Shown in pieces: positions 1 through 12,323 of a stretch of DNA of 64,000 nt (position 1 is its first letter; the number at the start of each line of letters is the position of its first letter). The notes below the pieces were generated by a model that worked only from the letters and a program-made list of their open reading frames with translations, was not told the origin of the DNA and made no database searches. Both the position numbers and the translations under genes were made by a program. This DNA is from Raja brachyura (Eukaryota), in assembly GCA_963514005.1 (NCBI GenBank), contig OY740785.1:28644001-28708000 (forward strand), in the 5' to 3' direction.

Positions 1-59
1 TCCCTTAAGAATTGTACATGTTTCTATAAGACCCCCCCTCTCATCATCCTAAATTCCAG

Positions 60-665
60 TGAGCTTCATGTTCCTAGGCATAAATATCAATGTGTCCTGT
101 TCAAATTACATTGATGGACAAAGGAAATTCAGCATGTCTCTCGTGATTCTTACCCATTTCTACGTTGCACCGTAGAAAGCATCACATTGGGGTGCATCAC
201 AGCTTAGTTGTCAACTTCTTTAACCAACTCCAAGAAAAAGCAGAGAACTGAATGCAACCCAGATATCATAAATACCAGCCTCCCCTCCCCATTAACTTTA
301 CCGTCACTTCACAGTGCCTCAGGAAAGCAGCCAACATAATCAAGGACCACTTTCACTTCTCTGCTGGCCCATTGGGCAGAAGATACAAAGGCTGGAAAGC
401 ACATATCACCAAATTCAGAAAGTTCCTTCACCACAGTCATCAGACTATTGAATAGGTCTCTCATAAGCTAAAGGCTAGGCTTGCCTTCTGAACTACCTCT
501 TAGCTTATCAGCACTTTCTGTATCTGTAACACATTGGATGTTATCTTTTCTTTCTCTTGTGCTACTTGCGTATGGTTTGATTGTACTCGCATGGTATGAG
601 ATTTCACGGGGCACCACTCAAATCTAAGCTATTTCACCATCTCAGCGCATGTAACCAGAATAAAC
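60..665 (+). mobile_element. Decayed Rex1/Babar-like LINE 3' fragment
   Basis: CLRKAANIIKD...PLGRRYK resembles the copies at 49.5 and 60 kb; AATAAA tail at about 659. Confidence 0.6.
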
Positions 666-835
666 TTATCAGGCTAGCCTCTCCATTCGAGACTACTACC
701 ATAATTTTCAGTACATTGTGCATTTTTCTTACATCTTAGTAATTGGATACAGACAAGTTAAAATGACCAGGGCAATTTAAAATGTGTGACATTGCCTAAT
801 TAAATCTGATGCAAACACAAGATACGTTAAAAGGT

Positions 836-841
836 TTTAAT
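836..841 (-). terminator. Probable ZC3H6 polyadenylation signal (ATTAAA), implying a 3' UTR of about 1 kb
   Basis: ATTAAA on minus, with TGTA elements just upstream and a GT-rich tract downstream; AT-rich UTR-like sequence gives way to repeats below about 700. Confidence 0.55.
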
Positions 842-1834
842 ACATTTGTACAAAAATCTTTTACATTAGGCTTTGTTTATAAAGCTCTCAGTAGCTCAAT
901 ATGAAAATACGGTGTCATACATAACAAACAACAAGTTCAGAAACTTATTAATACACAATAATCCACCACTAGCTCCTTGCATGGATGAGTAGTTGTTCAC
1001 CAAATTTCAGACTTATTCTAGGCCAAATAAAAGAGTTCTCACAATAAATGCCTTATAGATTGTTTACATTGATCTTCAGGAAATCATGACATGATCCAGG
1101 TTGATTTTCCAATTTAAAAACAGATGATCAGCTTTTACATTTGCTAAACAAAAATAATTTGAAATACTTAAGATGTACAGTGCAATATCTGAACAGTGTA
1201 ACTGTTAATGGTTCCACACTTGATTGTGACAAAACTTCAAAGCAATTTAAAACAAAACTGCAGTACGCGCATTACAGCGTCAATAAACGATGAAACACAA
1301 ATTGGTTAGGATCTTGACTAAATATACCATCACCAGAGTGGTACTATTGAAACTGTACAATATAAAAGTGGCAGTCATTTTTCTCTTTTAAGATTAACAA
1401 AAAAGTAATTACTTAAGGTACTAAAAACAATACACGTTCTTTTTCAGTGTACTACTTCTATAATACATAATCACACAATACCCAAGCAGGAAATAACTTA
1501 GAACGCCAGAACTGTACAATAGGTTTTAAGCAATTTCAGTACACGGAAAAACAATTACTTCACCGGGAAGAAGTTTAAATGTGGTCACAGGTATATTCTC
1601 TCTATACATATATATATCATAAAAAATAATTCATTCAAAATGTAGTTCTTACATACTCAGACCAAAAGAAAATTAGCACAGTCTGGCATGTGCCATTGCA
1701 TGCATTTCTTTGAACAGTTAAACAGACTGTACATGGTAAAAAAATAAATAAAACACTATCAACAAGCCAAATAAGTTAAAGAACCAGGACAAGCTACAAT
1801 ATACACACTGAACATCAGTCTTTCAAAATGGGTG

Positions 1835-3324
1835 CTAACAGAAAGGTGATGCTGTTGGATCAAAAGTCTTGAACATTTCTTTCAGTGGTTTTTTACCCTT
1901 TTTACTGTTTAAGTCAACTTCCTCTACCTGGTTGGAAGGTGCAGAATGTTTAGTTTGTCTTGGGTCACTGTACTGTGGTCTGATGAGGCCGGCTAAAGCC
2001 TGGATTGGTAGGTTATGCACAGCAGGAGCAGACGTTGTAGCTGCTTGGACAACAGTCTTTGACTGTGCTTTGTACACGTCTGATTTCTCTGGACCAAGAT
2101 CACTCACCTCTTCCGCACTTGTACTTTCCTGCGCCACTGAAGACTTGTAGATTGTTGATGAATCACACTGTGTGTTTTCTGATTTGATGGGATCTTTTGG
2201 TACACTAAGCTTTTTTAGTTGCTCCCCTTCCTTAGAGGAATCGGCTTGTGTGGTTAAAACCGAAGTCACTACACTTTGAGAAGTCTGGGTCCGTGGATCA
2301 TAGAGACTAATGCCACTGAGCAGCGTGCTCGGGGATCCAATTCCCATGCCACCTGCAGATAGTTTGGGAGCGTATGGAGGAAGCGCGGTCGGATCTGCCT
2401 TAACGGTAACTTGCGTCGAACCACCACTTGCTTTTGATAAGCGAGGATCCACTCGTGTGACATGGGACTCCCTTGTAGCAGTATCCGTGCTGTTTTTCTG
2501 CAACCTCGGATCCGACGACTTCTGCAATCGTGGGTCCAAAGGTCTTTCAGAAGAAGCCCTTGGGTCTACGCTCTTTTCTGCACTTTTTATCGCGCTGCTC
2601 TCCTTCAAGCGCACAGACAGCCGTGGGTCAGCGATCTGACGGGAGTCATTTGTAACACTCAGAACTCTGTTCAGGCGCTGATTGGCTATTAGTGGAGGGA
2701 GAGGCAAATTTATTGAAGACACCGGATCTGGTTTTGGCAGAGGCAAGGGAAGGAGGTCTTCCGGTGTCCATACAACAAGTTTTGCAAAGTTGGGTTTAGA
2801 GAGAGTTATGTCCATCTTGATGTGGCTAAACTGCTTTAACTGACTGCGTGGATCCCGCAAGGTTGCACCAGGTACGGACTCCAAAGGTATTATGGCTGCT
2901 TTCTCCCTCAGTTCTCGTTCAGTATCTTCATCATCATCCAGTCCTTGCTGCTTATTAGATATAGGATGAGTATCAAGTTTAGGGCTCTCACTGACAGAGG
3001 GAGCTGCAGGGGGATTCTCATGTGCTTTCATCTTTCTGGGATCTCTTGCTAATCTTGGATCAGCAGAGACGGCTTCTGAAGATTTCTTGACTTCTCCAGC
3101 TGTACCCTGACGCAGGTCAGATCTTGTTCGAAGATCAGAATGCTTATTTTCAGTGGACTTCTCTTTCACAAGTCTGGGGTCCGTGTATGTGTAAGATGCT
3201 TGTTCTGTTGTAGGAAGTTGCTGGTTCTTCATGGTCTCACTTTGTTTCTTGAGTGTTTTCAGTATCGATTTTACACTGCTACCAACGTCCTCCTCGTCAC
3301 TTGAATACCAATTAACAGTCTCAT
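1835..3324 (-). CDS. ZC3H6: ZC3H6 last coding exon (DETVNWYSSD ... DPR repeats ... FKTFDPTASPFC*)
   Basis: tttcag acceptor at 3326-3325; contains ORF 1835..3232. C-terminus FKTFDPTASPFC and QFSHIKMDITL..PNFAK match ZC3H6. Confidence 0.96.
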
Positions 3325-5932
3325 CTGAAATGATTTAGGAAAAGAAACATACGTATTTTCATTAACATGCCAAGTAAAATACAAGCATGTAGCAACTGGA
3401 ATAATTCTGCCACTTCTAGACATATCGTACATTAGAGAATGCTGCTCTAGATATGGATCATGAAACGGACAACAGTTGAACGTTCAGTTGTTGAACGGAC
3501 AGAAATGCTCGCCATGTCAATGGAATCAAAATGAATGAAAGGTTCCAGTACAGCAAGTTCAGATGGCCTTAAACCAATTGCAGCTGAACAAGATTTCATA
3601 ACACAAATACAACTTATTGCTGAAGCTATTTTATTAGACACCACAAAGCTGATTGTGACTGGGAGCGTCACCCAAACTGTTTGAACTTCTTACACTTTTT
3701 TTCTGCCTGTAGAGCCAACAGATTCTTATACGTAGATATGATGTGCTGATATCAGACAGTGTTACCGATCACTGAAGTTACCATTAGGATTGCCCCTGGT
3801 TTTCAAAAAGATCCTAAACTGAGTACACACACTATTATCCAAATCATTCTACACAAGGTCAAATTCATCCTTAAAAACAAAAGGTCCAAAATAATTAAAA
3901 TATAAAGAGTTCGTTAACATTCTATTTATATCGTATTCATTAAATGCACAAGATCTGGCCATAAAATGTGTATGAAGTTCAAACAGTTTGGGTGACGCTC
4001 CCAGTCACAATCAGCTTTGTGGTGTCTAATAAAATAGCTTCAGCAATAATTACATTATTTGGAGCACTGTATATAGTTATGATACAAAATCATACTTCCA
4101 GTTGATAGTTTTTATTTAGGTCTTTAAATTTTGGATTCAATTTTGCAACTTAATTGGTGGTTCTAAGCAGCAGCCACTGGGGGCATTATAAAACAGGTTT
4201 TGAAGTTGCTTGCAAACCTACGCACCATCTTGCTTAAAATCGAAATGACACCGAAACAGACCGTCAACTAGGTTTTGCATCTAATTCAACCGACAAAGTT
4301 TTCTATTCCGCTCTCCTTTGTATACATGAAGCATGCGACTTGCCTCAACTACTTCCTATGATAGTGGCTTCTACATTTCAACTGTTTCATTTAAAATCAG
4401 TCACTTTTTGAAGTTGTTTTGCCTCTTGGTCAGGTAGAAAACTAACAGATGGAAATGTATTCACCTTCCCTCATGTCTCTACACATTTCTGTCATACTGG
4501 ATCATAACCATACACAGTGCACCAAATAATGTAGTGAAGGTTCTTTGCATTTTATGGCCTTTATGTTCAAATATGTAGCATTTTCCTTCAAAATGCAATG
4601 TTTCAGTTTTGTATTGGCATGTTGTAATTAGCAAGGCAGATGACAAGCAAGAGATAACTGGCAGTATTAATAATGTGCCCTATGGAATATTGTTTCACAA
4701 ATCAAGACTCCATGGGGTGGGATAAGATATTAGAAGGTAAAAACGATTTACTGAAAGACTGAACTTCATAGAATACATAGATTATTTTTTAGGTTGGCAA
4801 ACTTTTAGTCCTGGGTAGGTATAGAGCATAACAATATTGAAAAGAACCAAGTATCTTCATGACACAAAGATGGAAAGTAGGAGGCCGATATATTAAGCAA
4901 GTTGTAAAAAGGCAGATTAAGTATATGGGGGTAAACATTAAATGGCCAGATATTATTAATCTATGTGCAGAGTGATTTAGGTGTGTCGGTACAGGAAACA
5001 GTTGAAATTCAAGTGGAGAAGGAATCAAATCAATTAATATACCGACACTCATTGCAAGATCCTGTTTTTACATTTATACAAATAAAGACTAGCTCTTAAA
5101 CAGCATCTTCCATTGCCACAGGATGTTCTGACATGCCTTAGTCAGCAATGTACCTGGAATTGTGATATGGTTGCAATGCAGGAAACTGTTAAGCCTGCAA
5201 GTAGTTAGTTGATTATTGTCAGGACAAATGAAATAGCTGTCTTTGTCTTGTGCAATAGCATGTTGGGATCTTGGTATCACGGAGCATCCAGAAATCAACA
5301 CTTTTGACAGTGCAAAGCATTTACTATACTGCGCTCATCTTTTCACAGATTATCTAAATCTTTACCCAGATTATTGCGCAAAGGTTTCCAGCCTCAAAAT
5401 GACGACTTCAAAATTCAGGAGCGAGAATACTACCCATTGTTTGACAGCTAATAACAGAGGGAACTCTTCTTTAATTGTACAGTTCTTTATGATCTCCTTA
5501 ACCAAGGTAGACAACAGTGATACAGATAAATTCACAGACACATGAGATTGATTTACGAGAAGAGACTGAGGACGTACCTATATTCTCTACCATTCAGCAA
5601 AATATGAAGCTCAATGAATCAAATGACAGTCGGCTAAATGCTAAGAGGTAATTTCCCCTGGTTTGAGATTAAAACAAGGGCTATAAAACTTGCAAGAAAA
5701 GTTGGCTACTATTAGGAATTACACTATATCAGACAAATGAGACATTTCATCAGAGCTGTGAATCTGTGAACTGTGATAGAGAGTTGGAGAGATATAGAGG
5801 GTTGGAGAGTTCCATTTTGTTCAAGGCGGAGGTACAAGTTAATAAAACAAATTCCTTGGATGAAATGGTTATTTAATTCACATGATGTAAATATTGCTTG
5901 CAAGGCCAACATTTACTGTCCACCGTATGGAA

Positions 5933-6590
5933 CAGGGCTCGAAATTAGTGGTTGCCCGGGTGCCAATGACCACCCAAAGTGCCACCGGGCAACCTAAACG
6001 CCGACTCATTTTGCCCGTCTTGGCACGCAAATACCGATTTATACCGATAGACACAAAAAACTGGAGTAACTCAGCGGGTCAGGCAGCATCTCTGGCGAAT
6101 AGGAACGTGAAGTTTCGTGTGGGCTGTGTGGGGCAAAGATACTAGGTGCGTGGTGATGAAGGGTCGGAGCGAATGACGGGCCCCGAACAGCGGCAACGGC
6201 TCCACCGTCACCTCCTCCTCCCGCACCCCGCCTGGCAGAAGGAGGCCTCCCTCTCCCTCCGAGAGGGGTTGTTTTGAAAACGCCGTTGGCGGATTTGCAA
6301 GCAGCGGCCGCTATCGCCCTGATAACGGCCGCTGCTTGCCAATCTGCCAACGGCACTATCAAAACAACCCCTCTCGCACGCCGAGGCTAGGAGGAGCGAG
6401 AGGGAGAAGGAGGCCTCCTTCCGCCATCTGAAGCAGCTGCACCAAAGGTCCAATACTTCATCCGAGCACATTATCGCACGCGTCATGCAAACCGTGTTAA
6501 ATAACCACCTAAACTGTCATTTGGCAACCTAAAAAGCTGTCAAGGTTGCCCGGTTGGCAACAGGGGAAAAAAAGATAAGTGAGAGCCCTG
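5933..6590. mobile_element. Non-autonomous hAT-like DNA transposon with 5-bp TSD (hAT5-like)
   Basis: TIR CAGGGCTC...GAGCCCTG; TGGAA duplicated at 5928-5932 and 6591-6595; subterminal GGTTGCCCGG/GGCAAC motifs. Confidence 0.75.
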
Positions 6591-6771
6591 TGGAATGGAG
6601 TCTCTTGCTGGGTAATTTCATGGAGTAGGAGTCAATAGCTCTTCGATCGGTCTAGACACACATAGGCTGGACAGGGTAGCAGTGAATTTTCTTCCCTTAT
6701 GTACATTATTAAATCAGAATTAAGACATGTGACCATAAAGCTTTAAATTAACAGCATATTTTAAGACTAAC

Positions 6772-7014
6772 CTTCATCTCTGCTCTGTTGCAAATGTGAC
6801 TGTTTATTGTCAGACCCTCCCTCTTCCTGCTGTTTCTGCTTAATTCTGAGAAACAGGGCTTTTTGTTTGGCTGGGAGGAAGTCTGGAACATTAACAGTAG
6901 GCTTACGACCTGTTGAACTGCTGGCATCTGATTCAGTGTCACTTTCTCTTGAATCATCTGTGGCCAAGAAAGACTGATGATCTCTCTGCTCAGATGCTGA
7001 ATTTGATACTCCAT
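6772..7014 (-). CDS. ZC3H6: ZC3H6 exon 11 (VPDFLPAKQKALFLRIKQKQQEE)
   Basis: cag acceptor, G|gttagt donor; 243 nt, phase 1 to 1. Confidence 0.93.
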
Positions 7015-7738
7015 CTGCATATTTTAAAAACAAAACAAAGCTTTCTTCATAAGTCAGTAATACATTACCCGTAGATCACTGACGAGCTGCATTTATATTT
7101 TTCGATAAACAAACATCTTCTCCAGTTAAATTGTGTTGCACCTTTAAGTAGCTCAGATTTATCTCTACTCTACATCTTCCTGTCCCAGTTAACCAGCGAG
7201 GAATCTTTAACCATACCTTCATATGATGCAACATTAAAACGTTAAATTGCTTGCCTACATAATGGGTCGCAAGGCAGTGAAGGTATTTAATTCAGTACCG
7301 AGACAATTACAAGCAGGATTTTTTATTTTATGGTGGTGCAGCACACCACCACAATGCCAAATTAGAAAGCAATTAAATCAGTATTATCTTCCCACTGAAA
7401 TGGCTGTATTAAACTGCAAAGATTACAAAGTACAAAATCTAGGCTACTTAACACATCTAAGTTGTTCATGCTCCACCTGAACTTGCTCTTACTGTTAGAC
7501 CTCTCAGCACAACCTTTCATTCCATTTCTCCTTGATGACAGCATTTTCAAACAAAAAATAATTAGATTCTCATTTGAAACTCTTGCTTGAGCAGCTATTC
7601 CAGTGGTAAATTCTGTTCCAACTGTAGCAGAGTCGCTGCATCTAGTCAAAGGTAAATTTTGCTCTCCAAATTCGATCTGGAAAAAAAAACATTTCATACA
7701 ATTTTCCAATCTTCAATTAAGAAATGATCATGCCGTAC

Positions 7739-8355
7739 CTCCCAGATGATTTTCTGGCTCCAAATTATGCACGGATTGCTGCGAATAGTAAGAGCTGTAG
7801 AAGTCCACCGGGTTTTGGATCTGCTGGTATGGGATGTCTTGTTGGTATGCCATATCTTGTTGGTATGCCATGTCTTGCTGGTATGCAACATCTTGTTGCA
7901 TCGCTTGAGGTCCATCAGGTGGAAACTGTGGGCGAGTTTGATTTTGTGATGGCGGTGGTACCTGATGCTCCATGGGCATGTTCATCATAGGTCCTTGAAA
8001 TCCCATCTGACCTGGAGCTCCATTTGGTCTTTGATTTATCAGCGGACCTGGAAATCCTGGTGGGGGAGGTGGACCTAGATGTCCTGGGGGAACTGGTGCG
8101 TCAGCTTGGTCCTGTAAACCTGGCTGTCCAGGTAAGCTTGGTGGCATGATGGGCCCAGACATGCCTTGTGGAACTGACATATTATGTGGAGCCACAGGGC
8201 CTGGAGGACCAAAACCACCTGGAGAACCTGGAGGCCCGTTGGATCCTGGAGGCATCATGTTTTGATCAGGACCAGATCCAAACATCTGAGGGGGAGGTGG
8301 TTGGTCTTCGTCAAATGGAGGATGTTGGGGTGATGTGCTGTTATAAAACTGGGGC
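7739..8355 (-). CDS. ZC3H6: ZC3H6 exon 10 (Pro/Gly-rich; QNPVDFYSSYY)
   Basis: Within ORF 7728..8405; tag acceptor, G|gtacgg donor; 617 nt. Confidence 0.93.
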
Positions 8356-8829
8356 CTAGGAGAAAATAATTGAACAATTGAAACGCTCTCAGAAGCAAAT
8401 AACAATTCAAATTACTGCCAAATATCATTATTGCCAACCATTTATAGCAACGCAGGCTAATTGCTTTTACTATTTTTTATTCCTGAATATGGATGCCAAT
8501 TAAATCATCCTCAATATACTCCCAAATAACAAAGTGATACACATTATTACAGGGTTCCCTGCTACTTTGTTCCGAAGTTTGGCTAGACCTCAATTCCAGT
8601 TGCATCAAATCTTGGCAATAAACTGGTTAAATATGAATAGCTTTGACGGGTCAACTTGGTTGGCATGGATAAGTTGGGCCAAAGGACCTGTTTTCGTGTG
8701 TATGATCAACTACTAGAACTAGGATACTTTTAAGTAAATAAACATCTGTAAATGAAAAATATGCAGTTTTATACACATCATTATCTATCCAATGATGTAT
8801 ATAGGATGTATATTTCATGTTCATGTTAT

Positions 8830-9050
8830 AGGAGCAGAATTGGGCCATTCACCCCATCAAGTATACTCTGTCATTCAATCATGGCTGATCTATATTTCCC
8901 TCTCAACCCTATTCTGCTGACTTCTCCCCATAACCCGAAACATTTACAAATCAAGAATCTGTCAATCTCTGCCTTAAAAACCTCCATCGACTTGGACTCC
9001 ACAAGCAATGAATTCCAGGTTCACCACCCGCGGTCTAAAGAAAGTCCTTT
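8830..9050 (-). mobile_element. CR1-like LINE 3' end, decayed
   Basis: ggccattc...attcaatcatggctgatc 3' UTR signature shared with other CR1 copies in the window. Confidence 0.6.
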
Positions 9051-9197
9051 AAATTGAATACAGCGTTGTTCCAACAATTTGAGTACCATTTGCTGAGCAC
9101 ATTTTAGTATATTCTAAATTCAGCTTGCATTGAATGATGCAACTCATGTATCCAGTCACTGACTTTTAATTCAACCGTAGACATAAAATCTACGTAC

Positions 9198-9541
9198 CGT
9201 AGTCCCATCTTGTGAGCAAAGACATCTGTTGGTTGTACAACAATATCAAAGATGGAAGGAATCTTCCTCCCTGGGGAAGAAGGGCACTGTGGCTGGTCGT
9301 TTGGTGGACCCATTGGCATTTGACCAGAAAAGTTTGGGGGTTGCGGAGGAGTTGGTAATAACCCAATCCCAGGTGGCGGTTTTGGGAGAGGACTTATGCC
9401 TTGTCTCCTCAGATCTTCTATTTCGAGTTTATCATCATCTTCATGATACACATAGTCATAATCATATTCATAATTATCAAAGTCATTGGTATTGCCGTAG
9501 TCTTTGTTGTCATCATAATTTACATTTTCATTATTCAGCAC
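9198..9541 (-). CDS. ZC3H6: ZC3H6 exon 9 (PLPKPPPGIGLLPTPP ... KIPSIFDIVVQPT)
   Basis: Within ORF 9104..9592; cag acceptor, CG|gtacgt donor; 344 nt. Confidence 0.95.
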
Positions 9542-10259
9542 CTGACAAAATGAAATTAATATTAGCCATGCAAACATAGCTTTAATAAACAATTTTGCAA
9601 GATTTACAAAAGCAAGTAACCTCGCTAAAGATTGTAACTACATTTAAGAAAAATGTCCTTCTAACTGAATGTATTATTCTACCAACAGTGGAAAATTCAA
9701 GTACTATAATAATTCCTTGCTAGGTACATAATCAACAATCACGAAAACATAAAATGGCCACTTGTCTAGTAAGAATCAATGAATTTGCTTTCAGCTTTTT
9801 AGGATCCAGCTAAAGGTAACGCATATGTACCAGTAATTCAAATTTAATCTTAAATCTATTTGAAACATTTTGTTCCATTGGCAAATTGTTGATTTGTTCC
9901 ATTCAACTGTTGCCAATGGAACAACATGTTTCAATTAGATTAAATTTGAATTACTGGTACATATGTGTTTTGTTTAATAACTTAAACACAGAAGCAATAT
10001 AGTGATTTTAAATACTTAATCATCCCAGATAATAACTCGTATTCAAGAAAATGGCCAGCCGTAGAAATAAAAAGGGTGCTGAAACTAGCAATGCTGTTAT
10101 TACCATTTTGATTAAGATCACATAATTGTAATTTGTGATCTATACCACAATGGCATATCAGATGGTGCATTTACCCACTATAGCCATTGAAAGAACAACT
10201 TCTGAAATATTGTTTTTTTTGTTTAAAAAAAAATCAGAGACATTAATTGACACACAAAC

Positions 10260-10369
10260 CTTGTCTAACAATTCCCTTGTTTCGTCAGTGAGTGGAGCAT
10301 GTGAGAACTTGCAATTATCACCTTGATAGCACATTGCTCCTGTATGATAGAATTTACACGGGTATTCAC
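10260..10369 (-). CDS. ZC3H6: ZC3H6 exon 8 (CCCH finger 3, [26 protein letters not shown])
   Basis: AC acceptor, AAG|gtttgt donor; 110 nt. Confidence 0.95.
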
Positions 10370-11387
10370 GTACATTAAAATCGTTAAGGAACATTAAAAA
10401 AAATAAGAACAAGGACATCCTAGTTTTTGATCTTGAAGAATACATTTACTTATTATTTAAAACCTAACTAAGCAATTCATGTTATGGAACTAGTTTATCC
10501 AAATGAATTTTTTATGTATTTAATGTATTCAAAAAGTCTGTAAACAACTTTAGATGTGGAGATCATTCTGAATGTAATTACATTTGCTGAGAAGCAGGAT
10601 TTCAGAGCCAAAGAACTTTAGATTCCCAAAATTGATTGGAGAATGACAAACAGTGCACAAATAAAATGTGAAGTACATGTTGTACGATGAATGATAAACT
10701 GCTTCATTCAGTTTCTGAGGAAGGACTTTCCAAATCTGAGGAAGGACATTATTGCCATAGAGGGAGTGCAGAGAAGGTTCACCAGACTGGGTTGTCAGGA
10801 CTGTCTTATGAACAAAGACTGCATAGACTCGGTTTATACTCTCTAGAATTTATGAGATTGAGAGGGGATCTTATAGAAACTTACAAAATTCTTAAGGGGT
10901 TGGACAGGCTAGATGCAGGAAGATTGTTCCCGATGTTGGGGAGGTCCAGGACAAGGGGTCACAGCTTAAGGATAAGGGGGAAATCCTTTAGGACCGAGAT
11001 GAGAAGGACTTTTTTCACACAGAGAGTGGTGGGTCTCTGGAACTCTCTGCCACAGAGGGTAGTTGAGGTCAGTTCATTGGCTATATTTAAGAGGGAGTTA
11101 GATGTGGCCCTTGTGGCTAAGGGGATCAGAGGGTATGGAGAGAAGGCAGGTACGGGATACTGAGTTGGATGATCAGCCATGATCATATTGAATGGCGGTG
11201 CAGGCTCGAAGGGCTGAATGGCCTACTCCTGCACCTAATTTCTATGTTTCTATGTTTCAACAGACAATCAGCTATATTTATTTTATAGGGTTATTTAAAG
11301 CAGATGTTTAAATTAAGAGTAGGAACTTAAAAACAAACAAAAATAATGTTTACATGTTATTCAAACAGTAAAGAGATAAAAGGATAT
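10370..11387 (-). other. U12-type (minor spliceosome) AT-AC intron of ZC3H6
   Basis: 5' end ATATCCTT at 11387; branch site TCCTTAAC at 10390-10383; terminal AC at 10371-10370; splicing restores frame MHG-EYPC. Confidence 0.95.
10728..11258 (+). mobile_element. CR1-like LINE 3' fragment inside the U12 intron
   Basis: LGLYSLEFMRLRGDLIETYKIL...RTRGHSLRI...FFTQRVVGLWNSLP; (TTTCTATG)n tail. Confidence 0.9.
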
Positions 11388-11499
11388 CATGCATGAAAAT
11401 GCAGTTGTCTCCTTTGGTACAAAATCCGTTAAGGTAGAATTTGCAGATATCCTTCTTCTTTTGTATGACGACGTCATGACTGTATCTGCATTGGTCCCC
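11388..11499 (-). CDS. ZC3H6: ZC3H6 exon 7 (end of finger 1 and finger 2, GDQCRYSH...ICKFYLNGFCTKGDNCIFMH)
   Basis: cag acceptor; ends at U12-type donor ATATCCTT; 112 nt. Confidence 0.95.
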
Positions 11500-12194
11500 C
11501 TGTTTAACAAAATCAAATAAAAACAAACATCATGGTTGAAAATCATTGCATCAAGTTTTCAATCTTTTTGCTGTCAGAAAAATGACACACTTGAAGTGTG
11601 CACAAAGTGCAAATTTGAGACAAATCCGTTCCAGCCGGATAAAATCATTATTGTGTATCTTGTGCATCTTCTAAGGCAGGCCATCCCAATTGTGTGTATT
11701 GTCAACATCTACAGGCCATGGTGCTATTAGTGAAAGATGCTCCAAATGACGCGACTGCTGCCAAGATATAGACTAACTAACTCATCCAACATGAAGTTAT
11801 AGTTCAAAAAATGCTAAGGACATTATTGCCCATGCTATATGATATAAAATTCCTCACTTTAGTTTTGGAATTATAAAGTTGAGAGTTTTGAATTTTCAGC
11901 TACATTTAGTGGAGATTGCAATTTATGCTATCAACTAAACTAACTAACCAGTTCAGCATATTCAGCAAGCCATGTGTTGTTATTGAATATTTTAAATCAT
12001 GCTCTCCATTAATAACGATGTGGGAATTCTGTCACGAACAAAGAGTTGGGAAAACCCCCAAAATGTAATGACACAAAATGTAATAACCACAGTAACATTT
12101 ACATTGTGAAGAGAAATAAGCTCCTCTTTACTTTTAATTTATTTTAACCATAGCCATCTCCAATTAAAAACATCATAAACAATGAGAAACATAC

Positions 12195-12323
12195 CCTTGT
12201 ACAGCGACCCTCCAGAAAATACTTGCATATGCCTCCTTTCCTATTCTTTTCAATTGGCCCATGGTATGGATAATCTTGATTTTTCTTCTTTTTTCGGGCA
12301 AAATTTGCACCTCCATAACCATC
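12195..12323 (-). CDS. ZC3H6: ZC3H6 exon 6 (start of CCCH finger 1, ICKYFLEGRCTR)
   Basis: cag acceptor, AGG|gtatgt donor; 129 nt. Confidence 0.95.
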
